64,000 nucleotides of DNA from Octopus vulgaris (Eukaryota), in assembly GCA_951406725.2 (NCBI GenBank), contig OX597818.1, positions 34,286,001-34,350,000 on the forward strand. The letters run 5' to 3'. The notes beneath the pieces were generated by a model that saw only the letters and a list, made by a program, of their open reading frames with translations, was not told where the DNA came from and did not search any database. Shown in pieces: positions 14,598 to 28,411 of the stretch. Made by a program: the position numbers and the translations under genes. Numbering within the stretch: position 1 is the stretch's first letter; each line of letters starts with the position of its first letter.

Positions 14598-14884
14598 TTC
14601 TTATAATTATGAAATATTCTCATGCGTTCTTCTGCATTTCTCTACAAAAGATCCAGGGCTGAAATTCCGGGGGTCAAGGCTACGTAAGGTTTATTTTCTT
14701 CATCATCGTGTATATACCACATCTACATTATAAAGAACCGGAGTCACGATGTGGTCGACCGACCTACTAGAAATAACAACCTCACTCAAATCATTGTCTT
14801 AATAAGGGAAGGATAATTCATTGAATTCATTGAGTAATAAGCGTGTTAGCAGGTTGATTTCTTTTTCTAAAAACCCTAGCTATA

Positions 14885-14981
14885 TTATGTATGCATGTAT
14901 GTATGTATGTATGTATGTATGTATGTATGTATGTATGTATGTACCCGTGTATGTGTGTGTGCGTGTGTCTGTGTGTGTGTG

Positions 14982-15025
<44 letters not shown>

Positions 15026-15380
15026 CATGCTTACATACATACATACATACATACATACAATCATACATACATGCATACATACATACATACATTCATACAT
15101 ACACACACATACAGACATATATACATACATACATACACACACACACATACATACATACATACATACATACATACATACATACATACAGATATACATACAT
15201 ACATACATGCATGCATACATACATACATGCATGCATACATACATACATGCATACATACATACATACATACAGATATACATACATACATATACATACATAC
15301 ATACATACACACACACATACATACATACAGATATACATACACACACATACATACATACATACATACATACATACATACAT

Positions 15381-15413
<33 letters not shown>

Positions 15414-15587
15414 TACATACATACATACATACATACATACATGCATACATACATACATACATACATACATACATACATGCATACATACATACATACACAC
15501 ACACACATACATACATACATACATACATACATACATACATGCATGCATACATACATACATACATACATACATACATACATACATACA

Positions 15588-15620
<33 letters not shown>
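14885..15620. repeat. Compound microsatellite (TATG)n/(GATA)n/(ATAC)n
   Basis: Direct reading. Confidence 0.95.
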
Positions 15621-15621
<1 letters not shown>

Positions 15622-15867
15622 AACACATGCTCACGTTTATTAACGGAGATGTCGAGTTATGAAAAGTCACAAAATTTACAAACACTCCTTTAGATAAATT
15701 TTAATCAATTATCGATTGATCTACTCACTCAATAACGGAGCGATTAATTATCTGATTGATTGATTATGTGTACTTAAAAACGGAAGTCATTCAGCCCAGG
15801 TCCCCCGGCCGCCACGCCCTACCGCCTCGTTCTTGTCGTAGTTGTGGATAGTAGTAGTGGTGGTTCG

Positions 15868-16097
15868 GGCGGCGAGCTGGCAGAAACGTTAGCACGCCGG
15901 GCGAAATGCTTAGCTGTATTTCGTCTGCCGCTACGTTCTGAGTTCAAATTCCGCCGAGGTCGACTTTGCCTTTCATCCTTTCGGGGTCGATTAAATAAGT
16001 ACCAGTACGCACTGGGGTCGATGTAATCGACTTAATCCGTTTGTCTGTCCTTGTTTGTCCTGTCTATGTTTAGCCCCTTGTGGGTAGTAAAGAAATA
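15868..16097 (+). mobile_element. SINE family B
   Basis: Full match; GTAGTAGTGGTGGTT on both sides as TSD. Confidence 0.88.
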
Positions 16098-16417
16098 GGT
16101 AGTAGTGGTGGTTTGGCGATTTGGTGGTGGTGGTGGTGGTGGTGGTGGCAGCGGCAGCGGCGGCGGTGGTGGTGGTGGTGATGATGAGCTTCGAACCAAT
16201 CTTTATTGAGCAGATATGTTCAAAAGCTTTTCTGCTATAATCATCCCATCTTTTTGAGACAATAAATGTTCCGAATTGCATTACCTAATTAGCATTGTCT
16301 ATCTAATTATAAAACTGTGGCCATGATTTTAGGAATATTTGGCAGTAATTTCGACGTGACCATTCAGTTCTGATAAAGAGAAACACACACATAAACACAT
16401 ACACACACACATACACA

Positions 16418-16501
<84 letters not shown>

Positions 16502-17155
16502 TCTAAATCCTATAAACCAGTGCGGCATGAAATCGAACGTTCGATAAAAGAGCAAGGAACCAAAATATCCCACGATGCTACGTACCAGAAAATCATTAGC
16601 CTTTATTGAACGTATCACGGAATCACCAGCGAATGCTTTCAATTTACTTAACATCTCAACAATCTTTTCATCGTAAGATTTATTGCATGTCTAGTCATCC
16701 ATAAATAAAGAGATATTTCCGAGATCGGTTTGCACCACCGACCCATCACCACCGCCACCACCACCACAGCACGCTATACGCACGCTATACGCACGCTATA
16801 CGCACGCTACATACAACACTGCTGATTACGAAAATGAATTTCTTCACTTCTCCACTGAAGATTATTGCTAAGAAGAGATCATGTAACTTAACAGTCGAAT
16901 CACCACTCGGGCCAAAGATTTTTTACCATTGATTAATCGCATCGAGCTCAATTTCCTGCGATTGAGTATTTCAAATGTAAGGAAGTCCAGCTTCCATCGA
17001 AGACGTATCATATTCGACTCATTAAACACTAACTGTTAAGAAGAGCGCTAAAGAAAAAAAAAAAAGAATTTTTTAATGAAAAGAAAATTAACCAATCCTT
17101 ATTGATTTGATTTGATTTGATTTGTGTTCAGTCAGTTAAAAGAGAATACGAATAT

Positions 17156-17229
<74 letters not shown>

Positions 17230-17249
17230 TAATAATAATAATAATAATC

Positions 17250-17448
17250 TTTTGTACTATAGGCTTAAGACCTGAAATTTTGTGGGGAAGGGGCTAGTGA
17301 ATTACATCCACCCAAATGCATAATTGGTACTTATTTTCTAGACCCCGAAAGACTGAAAGGCAAAGTCGACTTCGGTGGAATTTGAACTCAGAATGCGAGA
17401 CGAACGAAATTTTGCCCGGCCTGCTAACGATTCTGCCACCTTACCGCT
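17250..17448 (-). mobile_element. SINE family B with the alternative tail, next to (AAT)n
   Basis: Same central domain; tail reads GAAATTTTGTGGGGAAGGGGCTAG on the plus strand. Confidence 0.75.
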
Positions 17449-17506
17449 TTAATAATGATGATGATGATGATGATGATGATGAGGAGGAGGAGGAGGAGGA
17501 GGAGGA

Positions 17507-19262
17507 TTTCATTTATTTGCCACCAAGGTAAAGGATGAAGGGGACGGTATAAAACAGACGTAAAGTGTGGGGTTTTACATACAATGAAATGTAAAAAATA
17601 TAAATAAACAAACAAAAGAATGTGTAAGTATACACGGTATGCAATGAAAAGCAAGGGAAATATACATAATATACAAAGGTAAAAAAGTGGGGGGTGATAG
17701 AGATGTTGTCCTCTTGATACAGGATGACCCCTAGGGATAATTGGGGAACCCCGCTGTCCAAGACCTCCCTGAACACTAAAGGCAAGTACCCTCTCCAATT
17801 CCTTTTCTCCAACTAAAAAGTTTATACTTAGAGAGACCATCCACTCTTGCTATTTTCGCAACCTTTCAATAAACTCACTCGAGGACAGCGCTTCCCTCTC
17901 CGCCCTTAATTTCTTTTTCATGTGAAACTTGAAGAAGTCAATAAGACCTCTACCAAAGAGGAAGGTACTTGTCTTCATGCCTTTCAACCTCGTCCACCAC
18001 ACAATCTCTTCCGTCATAGTCACCAGACAAAGGAAAAGTACCTTGCCTGCCCAATTCAAGGAGGGCAGCAAGACAATCATCACTATGGACTCGGCCAACA
18101 GACGGATCCGTCTCACACGCGACAGTAGCTGTTCCACATAGCCCCACATGTTGGCAATGCTCAGACACGGAACGTGTGTGTGCAGAACGATTTCGTCGCT
18201 CTGTGCGCTCCTCAGACAAGCCCGTCTGACAGCATATCTGTGTCTGTAGGGTTCATCTCGAACCGGTAGCACTGCCAGGCCAAGGACATCTGGAAATTAC
18301 CCACAATAGTTACCGACCGGGAAGTACTCCAGAATAGACTGGGCAATTTGTTTTCATCGATGCCTGGAGTCTCCCCGAATATGCCATCGTACTTCCTCGA
18401 CACTAATCATCTATAAATTACTAAAGCGGAACGTCCACAGATCCAATTACCCGACTAGTAGTGGTCTGTGAGAGCCGGACAACATTCTAGGTGCCAGGCA
18501 CCGTCTAGAAACCGTTGTAGGTGGTGCAACGTAAGAGCGTGCCTGCGCATTAGAAGCTACAACATACCTAATCCGCCACTCACAGGGTACTACCAGGCAC
18601 CATCCAGAAACCGTAGTAGGTGGTGCAATGTAAGAACGTGTCTGCGCATTAGAAGCTACAGCATACCTAATCCGCCACTCACAGGGTACTACCAGCAAAC
18701 TCAACGCTTGGCCACTGGAACGCGTCCCTTCCACAAGAAATTAAATAAGAGACACCCCAACCTGGTCAAGCAGTAACTGGGAGAAGCTACGACGGTCAGG
18801 CGATAAATGATAACGGTGGTGATGTAGACATTCGCCACCTCTACCCGACCTTTCAGGGAAAGCTTCCTCTCAGCCCATTTCTGTTTAAGACTGACCACCC
18901 TGTTCGTCATCTCGTCCCAGTTCTTATCTCCCTGGAGGTCGAGACTAAACCAAACCACGAGCAGTTTAACTGGTCCGTCGGTCCAGTGTCCGACGACGAC
19001 GTCCGATGGCATCGACCTGCCTCTCCAGGAGCCCAACTGCAAAGCTACCGATTTGTCGGCATTGATTTTAGCCTCTGCAACCGAGTCGTATTCCTTTAGA
19101 ATGGTGCTAACCGTCTCTACTTTAGAGGTGTCCGACACCATGACGGTAACGTCGTCCGTGTACGCCGACACTGCCCTTCCCTGTCCCAGTTCAAAAGGGA
19201 TGCCCCTTAACTATTCCAACTGCCATAGCAGTGGCTCGAGTGCCAAGATTCGTCCAAAACGA
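17507..19262 (-). mobile_element. 5'-truncated Tx1/L1-clade LINE
   Basis: SAYTDDVTVMV...KINADKS...WAERKLSLKGRVEVAN...LFNFLWKG and C-terminal FFKFHMKKKLRAERE; 99-bp internal tandem duplication at 18494-18691; pyrimidine-rich 3' UTR. Confidence 0.85.
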
Positions 19263-19289
19263 GGAGGAGGAGAGGAGGGATAGAAGGGC

Positions 19290-19511
19290 GAAGAAGAAGA
19301 AGAAGAAGAAGAAGAAGAAGAAGAAGAAGAAGAAGAAGAAGAAGAAGAAGAAGGAAGAAGAAGAAGAAGAAGAAGAAGAAGAAGAAGAAGAAGAAGAAGG
19401 AAGAAGAAGAAGAAGAAGAAGAAGAAGAAGAAGAAGAAGAAGAAGAAGAAGAAGAAGAAGAAGAAGAAGAAGAAGAAGAAGAAGAAGAAGAAGAAGAAGA
19501 AGAAGAAGAAG

Positions 19512-19541
<30 letters not shown>
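19290..19541. repeat. (GAA)n microsatellite
   Basis: Direct reading. Confidence 0.97.
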
Positions 19542-19542
<1 letters not shown>

Positions 19543-19689
19543 CAAACAAATTCAGTGATATACTAAAACCCAAAAAAATAACAGAAGAGAAAATACACTC
19601 CATGATCAGAAAGTTACAAGGCTCGAGAGAAAAAAAAGGAAATATACTGAACTGGAAACCAACTATGATTTAAAAGAACCTCAGACAAA

Positions 19690-20200
19690 AAAAAAAAACA
19701 GAAGCATGATTGATCTTAACTGCACAGGACCAAATGCAGGTAAAAAAAATATTTACAAAAATAAAATAATGAAAACAATAAACCAACAAAAGTGCAGATT
19801 TTACTCTCAAACCAGAGAGACAGTTGATCACAATATTGGCTGCTGTTCTGTCCTTTTTAAGTCACAGATGCGATTAAGTTGGCAGCTATTGCCCACTGGG
19901 CAATATGCCAGTGCTTCACTGTGGAAATGAATAAAAAAAAAGTTACCAAATACGGTACATGGGAACGACTTGATCACAAGCATCCGAAGTATGACTGTCA
20001 AACTAACAAAGAAATCAAAGAAAACAGTCAAATGACTTGAATGGAAATGTCTTGAATGATAGACAACGCGATTACATCTCACCAAAATATTGCCTGAAAG
20101 GATGTAAAGAAACTGAAAGAATCTGGTTGTGGGGGCAACCTTTGAAACTGAAAGAGCATGTTGTGGGGTATGAAAGTGAAAGTAGTATCAATAATTATGA
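19690..20200 (+). mobile_element. Highly decayed R4-like LINE C-terminal fragment
   Basis: KCRFYSQTRETVDHNIGCCSVL resembles the CCHC knuckle; many stops and frameshifts. Confidence 0.45.
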
Positions 20201-20440
20201 AAGTACTAAATACGGTGAGCTGTCGGAATCGTTAGCGCGCTCGGTAAAATGTTTCACGGCGTTTTGTCCATCAGTACGTTCGGAGTTCAATTTCCGCCAC
20301 AGTCGATTTTTTTTTTTTTTCCATCTTTTTGGGGGGTTTATAAAATTGGGCACTGGGATCGTTATAATCGACTTAACTCCATCCTGAAATTTCTGTCCTT
20401 GTTCGAAAACTTAAATTCAATGATTATTAGAGTACTAGGT

Positions 20441-20666
20441 ATTCTTTTATTCTTCTACTTGTTTCAGTCATTTGACTGTGGCCAGGCTGGAGCACCACCC
20501 TTAGTCGAACAATTCGACCCCAGGACTTACTCTTTGTAAGCCTAGTACTTACTCTATCGGTCTCTTTTGCCAAACCGCTAAGTTACAGGGCCGTAAACAC
20601 ACCAGCATCGGTTGTCAAGCGATGGTCAGGGAACAAACACAGATACACACACACACACACATACAC

Positions 20667-20709
<43 letters not shown>

Positions 20710-20873
20710 CGACGGGCTTCTTTCAGTTTCCGTCTATCAAATCCACTCACAAGGCTTTGGTCAGCCTGAGGCTATAGAAGGAGACACTTGCACAAGGTGT
20801 CACGCAATGGGACTGAACCCGGAACTCATGTGATTGGGAAGCAAGCTTCTTACCACACAGCCACTCCTACGCC
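20441..20873 (-). mobile_element. SINE family A
   Basis: Full reverse-complement match. Confidence 0.85.
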
Positions 20874-21000
20874 TATGTATGGTAATACTTTTTTTTAATG
20901 AACAAAGCTATGCCAAGGCTGACAACGTTAATCACAGTCCAACAGAGATCTATACTAAGCACAATCTAGTTACTATTTAAGATATCAGATGTTCTAATTG

Positions 21001-21458
21001 TTTTCTACTCTAGGCACAAGGCCCGAAATTTTGGGGGAGGGGGCCAGTCGATTTCATCGACCCCAGTACGCAACTGGTGCTTAATTTATCGACCCCGAAA
21101 GGATGAAAAGCAAAGTCGACCTCGGCGGAATTTGAACTCAGAACGTAAAGACAGACGAAATATCACTAAGCATTTCGCCCGGCGTGCTAACGTTTCTGCC
21201 AGCTCACCAGCTTATCAGATGTTTTATATTTCTTTACTACCCACAAAGGGCTAAACACAGAGGGGGCAAACAAGGACAGACAAACGGAGTAAGTCGATTA
21301 CATCGACCCCAGTGCGTAACTGGTACTTAATTTATCTACCCCGAAAGGATGAAAGGCAAAGTCGACCTCGGCGGAATTTGAACTCAGAACGTAACGGCAG
21401 ACGAAATACGGCTACGCATTTCGCCCGGCGTGCTAACGTTTCTGCCAGCTCACCACCT
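21001..21458 (-). mobile_element. Two adjacent SINE B copies with different tails
   Basis: 21001-21212 has the alternative tail, 21228-21458 the standard tail; ATCAGATGTT-like flank occurs three times. Confidence 0.85.
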
Positions 21459-21585
21459 TATCATATGTTTTAATTGATCAAATATACAAACCTACTAAAT
21501 ACACGCTTCATATTCCTAGCAATTGTCACCCATTTGCACGACAATATATGCTGTGCGTAGTCTATAAAATCTTACACTGTCATCC

Positions 21586-22230
21586 CTTCTCCTCGACTTA
21601 CGACCCAGTTCCGTTCCAACTGACAAGTCGATCTGGTCGTATGTCGGATTTACATTTTTCAACATTGCTTTCATTCAAACGCAACTGGTGCTTGAAAGTG
21701 ACCGTGTGAGAGATAATGGCAGGCGGTAGATGCCTGAGTCTAAGGGAAGTCTACGTTGCCAGATGCTGCCATAGTCATCGTACGCGCAGTTGCCCAACGT
21801 CCGAAAATTGTATTTTCATATATTTACTAGCACTATGACCCGGCATAAACAGCTGCGTGCGTGCGCACATACACGCGAGTACTGTCCAAATCTCCGACCA
21901 ATCATATACAGCTAGTTGGCATTCAATTGGCGTATCAAGTTTCGGGCATTTTGATTGGGTTTTGGATAGAAAATCCACAAAAAAAAGTCACTTCTATTGA
22001 TTTTTTAAAGGCTTTGCGAGGTGACTGGGGAAATGTAAAGATGTGCACGACCACCCTTAGACGGTTTTGAATGACAATAGAAAGTGCGAGCCCTCTAACT
22101 GAAAAATTGTGGATTTGTATAAAGGACACACACGCAGACAGATATTTTGCCGTTTATATATATAGACATTTATTGTGATTGAAAATGCGGATGGACGTTA
22201 GTCGCATAGGTCGTAAGTTGTGGAGGTGTA
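21586..22230. mobile_element. Tigger/pogo-like MITE
   Basis: Imperfect TIRs CTCCTCGACTTACGACC and GGTCGTAAGTTGTGGAG. Confidence 0.55.
21825..22167 (+). mobile_element. Non-autonomous Helentron/HINE-like element nested in the MITE
   Basis: Starts TACTAGCACTATGACCCGGC; ends ACACACGCAGACAGATATTTTGCCGTTTATATATATAGA. Confidence 0.5.
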
Positions 22231-22398
22231 CAACATTAATCTTACAACGCATAGGGAACACAATCATTACCCAAATAAGTAATGATGGTAGTCTCCCGTG
22301 ATCCGAGGAAGACGTTTTTGCAATTTCTTTTTGAATAACCTGCACAAAATATTCGCTTATAGTGATCACGTGAATGTTCTGTGTATTAGCTCATACCT

Positions 22399-22629
22399 AT
22401 TTCTTTACTACCCACAAGGGGCTACACACAGAGGGGACAAATAAGGACAGACAAATGGATTAAGTCGATTACATCGACCCCAGTGCATAACTGGTACTTA
22501 TTTAATCGACCCCGAAAGGATGAAAGGCAAAGTCGACCTCGGCGGAATTTGAACTTAGAACGTACCGGCAGACGAAATACTGCTAAGCATTTCGCCCGGC
22601 GCGCTAACGTTTCTGCCAGCTCACCGCCT
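22399..22629 (-). mobile_element. SINE family B with TSD
   Basis: TTAGCTCATACC on both sides. Confidence 0.88.
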
Positions 22630-22639
22630 TTTAGCTCAT

Positions 22640-22830
22640 ACCCTCCATCAAATCAACGTTGTCTGAACAGGTGGACAGTGTACCAGGCGTCAGGTGCCGA
22701 AGATATCGCAGAGCAACGTGAGATGAAATGCTTTGTTCACGAACACAACGTACAACCCGGTCCAGGGACTGAAACTACAATCTCGCGATCATGAGTTCAA
22801 CAACCTAACCACTAGGCCATGCACCTTCAC
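22640..22830 (-). mobile_element. tRNA-headed SINE related to family C, with a different body
   Basis: Minus strand reads GAAGGTGCATGGCCTAGTGGTTAGG...GTTTCAGTCCCTGGACCGGG. Confidence 0.6.
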
Positions 22831-23406
22831 CCAAACCAAGTAATGCAACTCCCATTACGCATACTCTGCGCAGCAGACGAAATACTGAAGTAATGTCAGA
22901 AGCAACAAGCCACACCTCCATAACAATACGAACTTATGTAGAATACAAACGTGATGCTACGTCACACGCACGCGCACACACACACACACTCACACACGCA
23001 CACACACACACACACACACGCATACACACGCATACACACGCACACACATACAGAGTACAAGTACACACCTCTCCAACCCGACGTTGCAGCAAATCGCGGG
23101 ATGAAGTAGAAACTCGCATGAAAACCATTGAAGCAATAAACAATATAATTGAGGAGGAGAAGGAGGAGGAGGAGAAGGATGAGAAGAAGGAGGATGAGGA
23201 CAACGACGACGACGACGACGATCACAATCTTCGTCATCATCATCATCATGGAAATCGTGTTTGACTTTCGGATGAAGAAGTAACATCAAAGGTTATCGAA
23301 ATTAAAGTATTGCTATCAACACCTCCTACAGTTCTATTTACTTTCTTTAATCGATTTTGCCCCCAATAAGTTCTAGGAAGTTTACGTTTCATATAAACAG
23401 TGCAAT

Positions 23407-23582
<176 letters not shown>

Positions 23583-24144
23583 CAGACAGATAGACAGACA
23601 GATAGACAGACAGACAGACAGACAGATAGACAGACCGACAAACAGACAGACAGACAAACAAATAGATAGATGGATGGAAATGTTTGTGTCAGTATCTCTA
23701 TATGCAATCTGCAAACAACAGTTTTACCTTCATTTTATCACATGTTCATGTATATGTATGTGTTGGTGTATGCGTGCGCATGTTTGTGTGCGTAAGCGTA
23801 CCGCTCCTTGTATATTTGCCTATATCTATATATATACTGATGCACTTGTATTGAATCTACGCATGTTATTGTTATAAATTCATTTGTTAAATATATAAAA
23901 ATTAAATAAAAACAAAAAAACAAACAAAACAAAGCAAAAAATGGAACAAAACGTAACAGGCGACGACAAGACATCCGGACGGCAGGACGATACCAAGAAG
24001 AACAGGAAAAAAAAAGGACAGGTCATTCGGAGCTTTCTATCGTCAGTCGAATTCTAGATCATCCCTACAGTTTCGGCCGGTTACACTCGAGATTGCTTCT
24101 ATCTGGCCGACCCCAAGAAAATCAAAGATAATTTGTTACATTGC

Positions 24145-24353
24145 TTTTAGTCTTTTATTTTTACTTGTTTCAGTCATTTGACTACGGCCATGCTGGAGCA
24201 CCGCCTTAAAAGGTTTTAGTCGAAGGAATGGACATCAGGACTTACTCTTTGTAAGCCTGGTACTTATTCTACCGGTTTCATTTTTTGCCGAACCGCTCAT
24301 TTACGGGGACATAAACACACCAGCTGTCAAGCGATGGCGGATTAGGACAAACA

Positions 24354-24415
<62 letters not shown>

Positions 24416-24595
24416 TATGTACATATATATACATATATATGCATATACAATGAACTTCTCTCAGTTTTCGTCTACCATATCCACTCACAAGGCTGTGGTC
24501 GGCCAGAGGTTATAGTAGAAGACACTTGCCCAAGGTGTCATGCAGTTGGAATAATGTGGTTGGGACGCAAGCTTCTTACCACACAGTCACGCCTA
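24145..24595 (-). mobile_element. SINE family A (diverged)
   Basis: Match to family A with internal (CA)n. Confidence 0.8.
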
Positions 24596-24977
24596 CGTCT
24601 ATCTATCTATACATTCTTTCCGTATGAGAAATAGTATGTTGTGACGTTCATGCATTTCCGAAGGCTTAGATCTACATTAACATGTAGCATAATAATGATA
24701 CTATATGTATATATTAGTGACAGAGGAAGTGTTAATACTGCGCGATAATATTTATCCCCACTTACACGTGGATGTTCTATTAGAACAAGCTATACTGCAG
24801 CAGATACCACGAGAGAAACTCTCGTATTGGCTTTCTGTTGCAAAATGCACCCTTGTTTATGTCGCTGCCTCCAGTAACGAGACTACAAGTTCACGTGATT
24901 TCGACCTTGTTTGGTCTTGTCAATGTGAGACACTCGACCACTAGAAACAGCAGTGATTCGTTTCCCCACCAGCGATA

Positions 24978-25500
24978 CATCATCACCATCATCATTGTTC
25001 GACCGTGGTCGAGACAATGGAATTTACCATGCTACGCCAGACTTCACGGTCCATCATGACATTACGGAGGTCCTGTTGCTGGATGCCTGTATCCCTGGAG
25101 ATTACATCAGGGTAGGAGAGTGTGCGCCCTCTGGCATTGCGAGTAGATGGCTTCCAGAGGAGGAGAGTAGAAATTACCTCTTTTTCAGCTCTACAACAAT
25201 GTCCAGCAAACTGGACTCTTCTACCTTTCACAAGAGATGACACAGGTGGTAGTTTCCCATATATTTGCATTTTGGTTGGATGGCGCTTCCACGAGAGATT
25301 TTGAGCTCTCATAAGGAGGCGAGTGTAGGTTCCATCCAACCGCCTCTCAAGCTTCTTTGATAACGTCCAGGTTTCTGAGCCATATAGTAGAATTGGTTCG
25401 ACTGTGGCTTTGAAGATTTCAAGTTTGAAGTCTCTACTTAGATTTGATGACCAGATCTTATGCATGTCATTACAGGCTGACCAGGCTGACCAGGCCATAC
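24978..25500 (-). mobile_element. RTE-clade LINE 3' end
   Basis: KLEIFKATVEPILLYGSETWTL...FAGHC...GRTLSY...MMDREVWRSMV followed directly by a (GAT)n tail. Confidence 0.85.
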
Positions 25501-26074
25501 ATAGGTTGCACCAAAAAGCCAATATGAGAGTTTTTCTCGTGGTAACACCCACGTTTAAGTGGGGCTAAATCATTGAGAACCACTCAATGATTATACAATC
25601 CAATATTTTCAATTTCTTTTTAATGAAGGTGGATGTAATACAACGGGTGTTATTTGTTGCTATACGAGAGATTGTATAAAGCAAGAGAGTCAACTTCGTT
25701 GGACTTTGCAGACTGGATTGATGCAAAACTAGGTGTGGCGAGCAAGAGAGAGACATTTGTTCTTAAAAAGTTTACTGATATTGTAGGCCACAGTAAATAA
25801 ATATAGATGTCAATATACTTTAGAGGTGGGGATATGAAAGCAAATTTTGTGTGCAGAAATGTGTTAGAAAATTCATCTACATACATACACACAAACAAAT
25901 ACACACACACACGCACGCACGCACACAGTTACACGTATACATACATACATACATACATACATACATACATACATACATACATACATACATACATACATAC
26001 ATACATACATACATACACACGTACAAGTGTAAATATATATGTGTATCTCTTCTAGCTTTTAATTATTATAAATC

Positions 26075-27450
26075 TTCCACTGAGGAGGGAGCCGGTTTCC
26101 AACAAAGATGCAAGGCTCCATCTTTGGGACGAAGTTAACACAGACAAATTAACATTTGTAACTTGAGAAAAGTCTTGCATAATTTCACTGTTCCATTCAC
26201 AGATTGCACTTGTAATGTGCGAATCAGCCGACGAATTTCTCTTTCTGAAAATCCCAGTTTATCCAGATTTTCCTTTAAGCATTTACTAATAAAACCAAGT
26301 GCTCCAATTATTGGTATGAATACGAATTCATAGTCTGAATTATAGATACTGGAGGTTTCGAAGCAGTTGTCCATAGATATCCTCTTTTCCTTTGATTTTC
26401 AAAGAGATATTTATATCTTCAGGGCAGCTGACTTCCAACACGATACATACCTTTGCCCCTCTGTCCCAAACAACAATATCCGGCCTGCTATGTTTACATT
26501 TGACAGAAGTTTTGATGGGAATATTCCACCAGTATTCATTGACCTGGTGTTTATGAATGTTTTCCTTAACAAAGGGATTTTCTAAGTTTATTTCCGGACA
26601 GTCGTTTTTCTGGATGGCATTGTAAATTGTTTTAGCGACAACATCGTGCCGCATAGGAAGGTAGTACCGTGACGACATTTCAGGACAGCTGCTAATCACT
26701 TGTGTATCTTCCACAGAAACCCAACATAGCCTACACATGCGGTTGCACCTTGGGATTACAAGAACGTCACTGTGTCTCTTGTTCACCAGGTAATTTGTGG
26801 CAATCTCCTGTTCCTGGATTCCAAACGCATAGCTTTCAAATTGTGATGTGATGTAGTGGTCTTGTGTCCAAGAGAGGCTGCGCTTCGTGTCAATTCTACT
26901 GTCTTCTTTAAGCTTCTGAGCAACCATGCATGGTCTCCTTTTTCTTTTTTTTTTTGCATATTGAGTACTTTCCACCCAGGTCTTCTCTGAGGTAAGGGAG
27001 CCCAGCTGTCTTGGGGCTGTATAGGAGATCATCAAGAAGAGAGTGTTTCTTGAGAGTTCAACTCGTACAATGTTGCTCACTTCACTTTTCAGAACTGTAT
27101 TAATGTATTTATTTTTGCTGCTGTTTTTTGGCAGATGCTGTCTGAGTGATACCATACGGCATTCGAAGGCCGTCTGTACTGATCTCAAGCCTCTACTACT
27201 TTCATTCTGTCAACATCACTGTTTCTGTGGGAGCTCCCAGCTGTTGTCAGGATTTTGCGGGTTTTGATATCTATGGAGTGTATTTCCTCTACAGACCAAT
27301 CAAGTATCCCAAATGTCGGGATCAGCACTAGTACTGCATTGTTGTAAGAGGAGAGTTTTGACTGCCATATTTTCCTAAGTCTGATGTAATATTCTCGGGT
27401 CACTCTATTTTTACTCACAGTGCCTTCATATACTTTTTCATCTATGGAGT
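26075..27450 (-). mobile_element. R4/Dong-like LINE: post-RT region, CCHC knuckle and PD-(D/E)xK restriction-like endonuclease, frameshifted
   Basis: CRLC...VISSCPEM...MRHDVVA...KHSRPDIVVWD...LEVSCPED...IPIIIGALG. Confidence 0.85.
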
Positions 27451-27578
27451 CAGTGCCGAAGTGAAGAAAAGGACAGAAAGACTATCTCCCTGGAATATTC
27501 CCTTTCAAATGCCTATACTACCTGAAACAATTATTCTGTTTCTATGTACGTACGTATGCATGTATGTATGTATATATG

Positions 27579-27612
<34 letters not shown>

Positions 27613-28004
27613 TGTATGTATGTATGTATGAATGTATGTATGTATGTATGTATGTATGTATGTATGTATGTATGTATGTATGTATGTATGTATGTATGTA
27701 TGTATGTATGTATGTATGTATGTATGTGTGTGTGAATGTATGTATGTATGTTTTGTTTTATGTTTGTATTCTCTTGCATATACTTGCATACCTAATCATG
27801 CTCATACAACTTGAACACACATCAGTACATAAACATACATATATACACACACGCAGACACGTCTACACAATTACATACGTAAATACTCACATACATACAT
27901 ACATACATACATACATACATACATACATACATACATACATACATACATACATACATACATACATACATACATACATACCTATCATGAACTAACTATTACT
28001 CTCT

Positions 28005-28411
28005 CAGATGCAGCTCCAAGTTTTGTCAGTGAACAGGTCGTGGTTTCAAAGCCACGAAAATATTTTGACACAAGCGAATTTTGTCAGAGAACAGGTCGCG
28101 GGTTCAAGGCGACGAAAATATTTTGACAAATTAAATTTAGATGCTGAAGTGAATCTAACGGTTTTTGTGTGTTTTTAAGTAACTTACAAACATCTTCCAC
28201 GCTGCAATTGTTTTTATTTCCGCACACGATCTCAGATCAGGTCACTTGCTTTGCAAGTACATCTCTGAAAATTAAATGTTGAAATGAAACTAACGGTTTT
28301 TGTGTGTTCTTAAATGGCTTACAAATATCTTCCACGCTGCAATTGTTTTTTTTTTTATTTCAGGGCACGATCTTAGATCAAGTCACTTGCAATGCAAGCA
28401 CATCTCCGTAA
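28005..28411 (+). repeat. Partly duplicated copy of a ~210-bp dispersed repeat containing two hammerhead-like motifs
   Basis: Same family as 43878-44090; the first module (28021-28130) and the second module (28140-28410) each occur twice. Confidence 0.8.

Noticed and set aside
24015-24056. CTGACGA...GAATGAC motif on the minus strand, with a homologue at 54390-54425
   Set aside because: GAAT instead of GAAA and no helix I; kept only as an unclassified repeat
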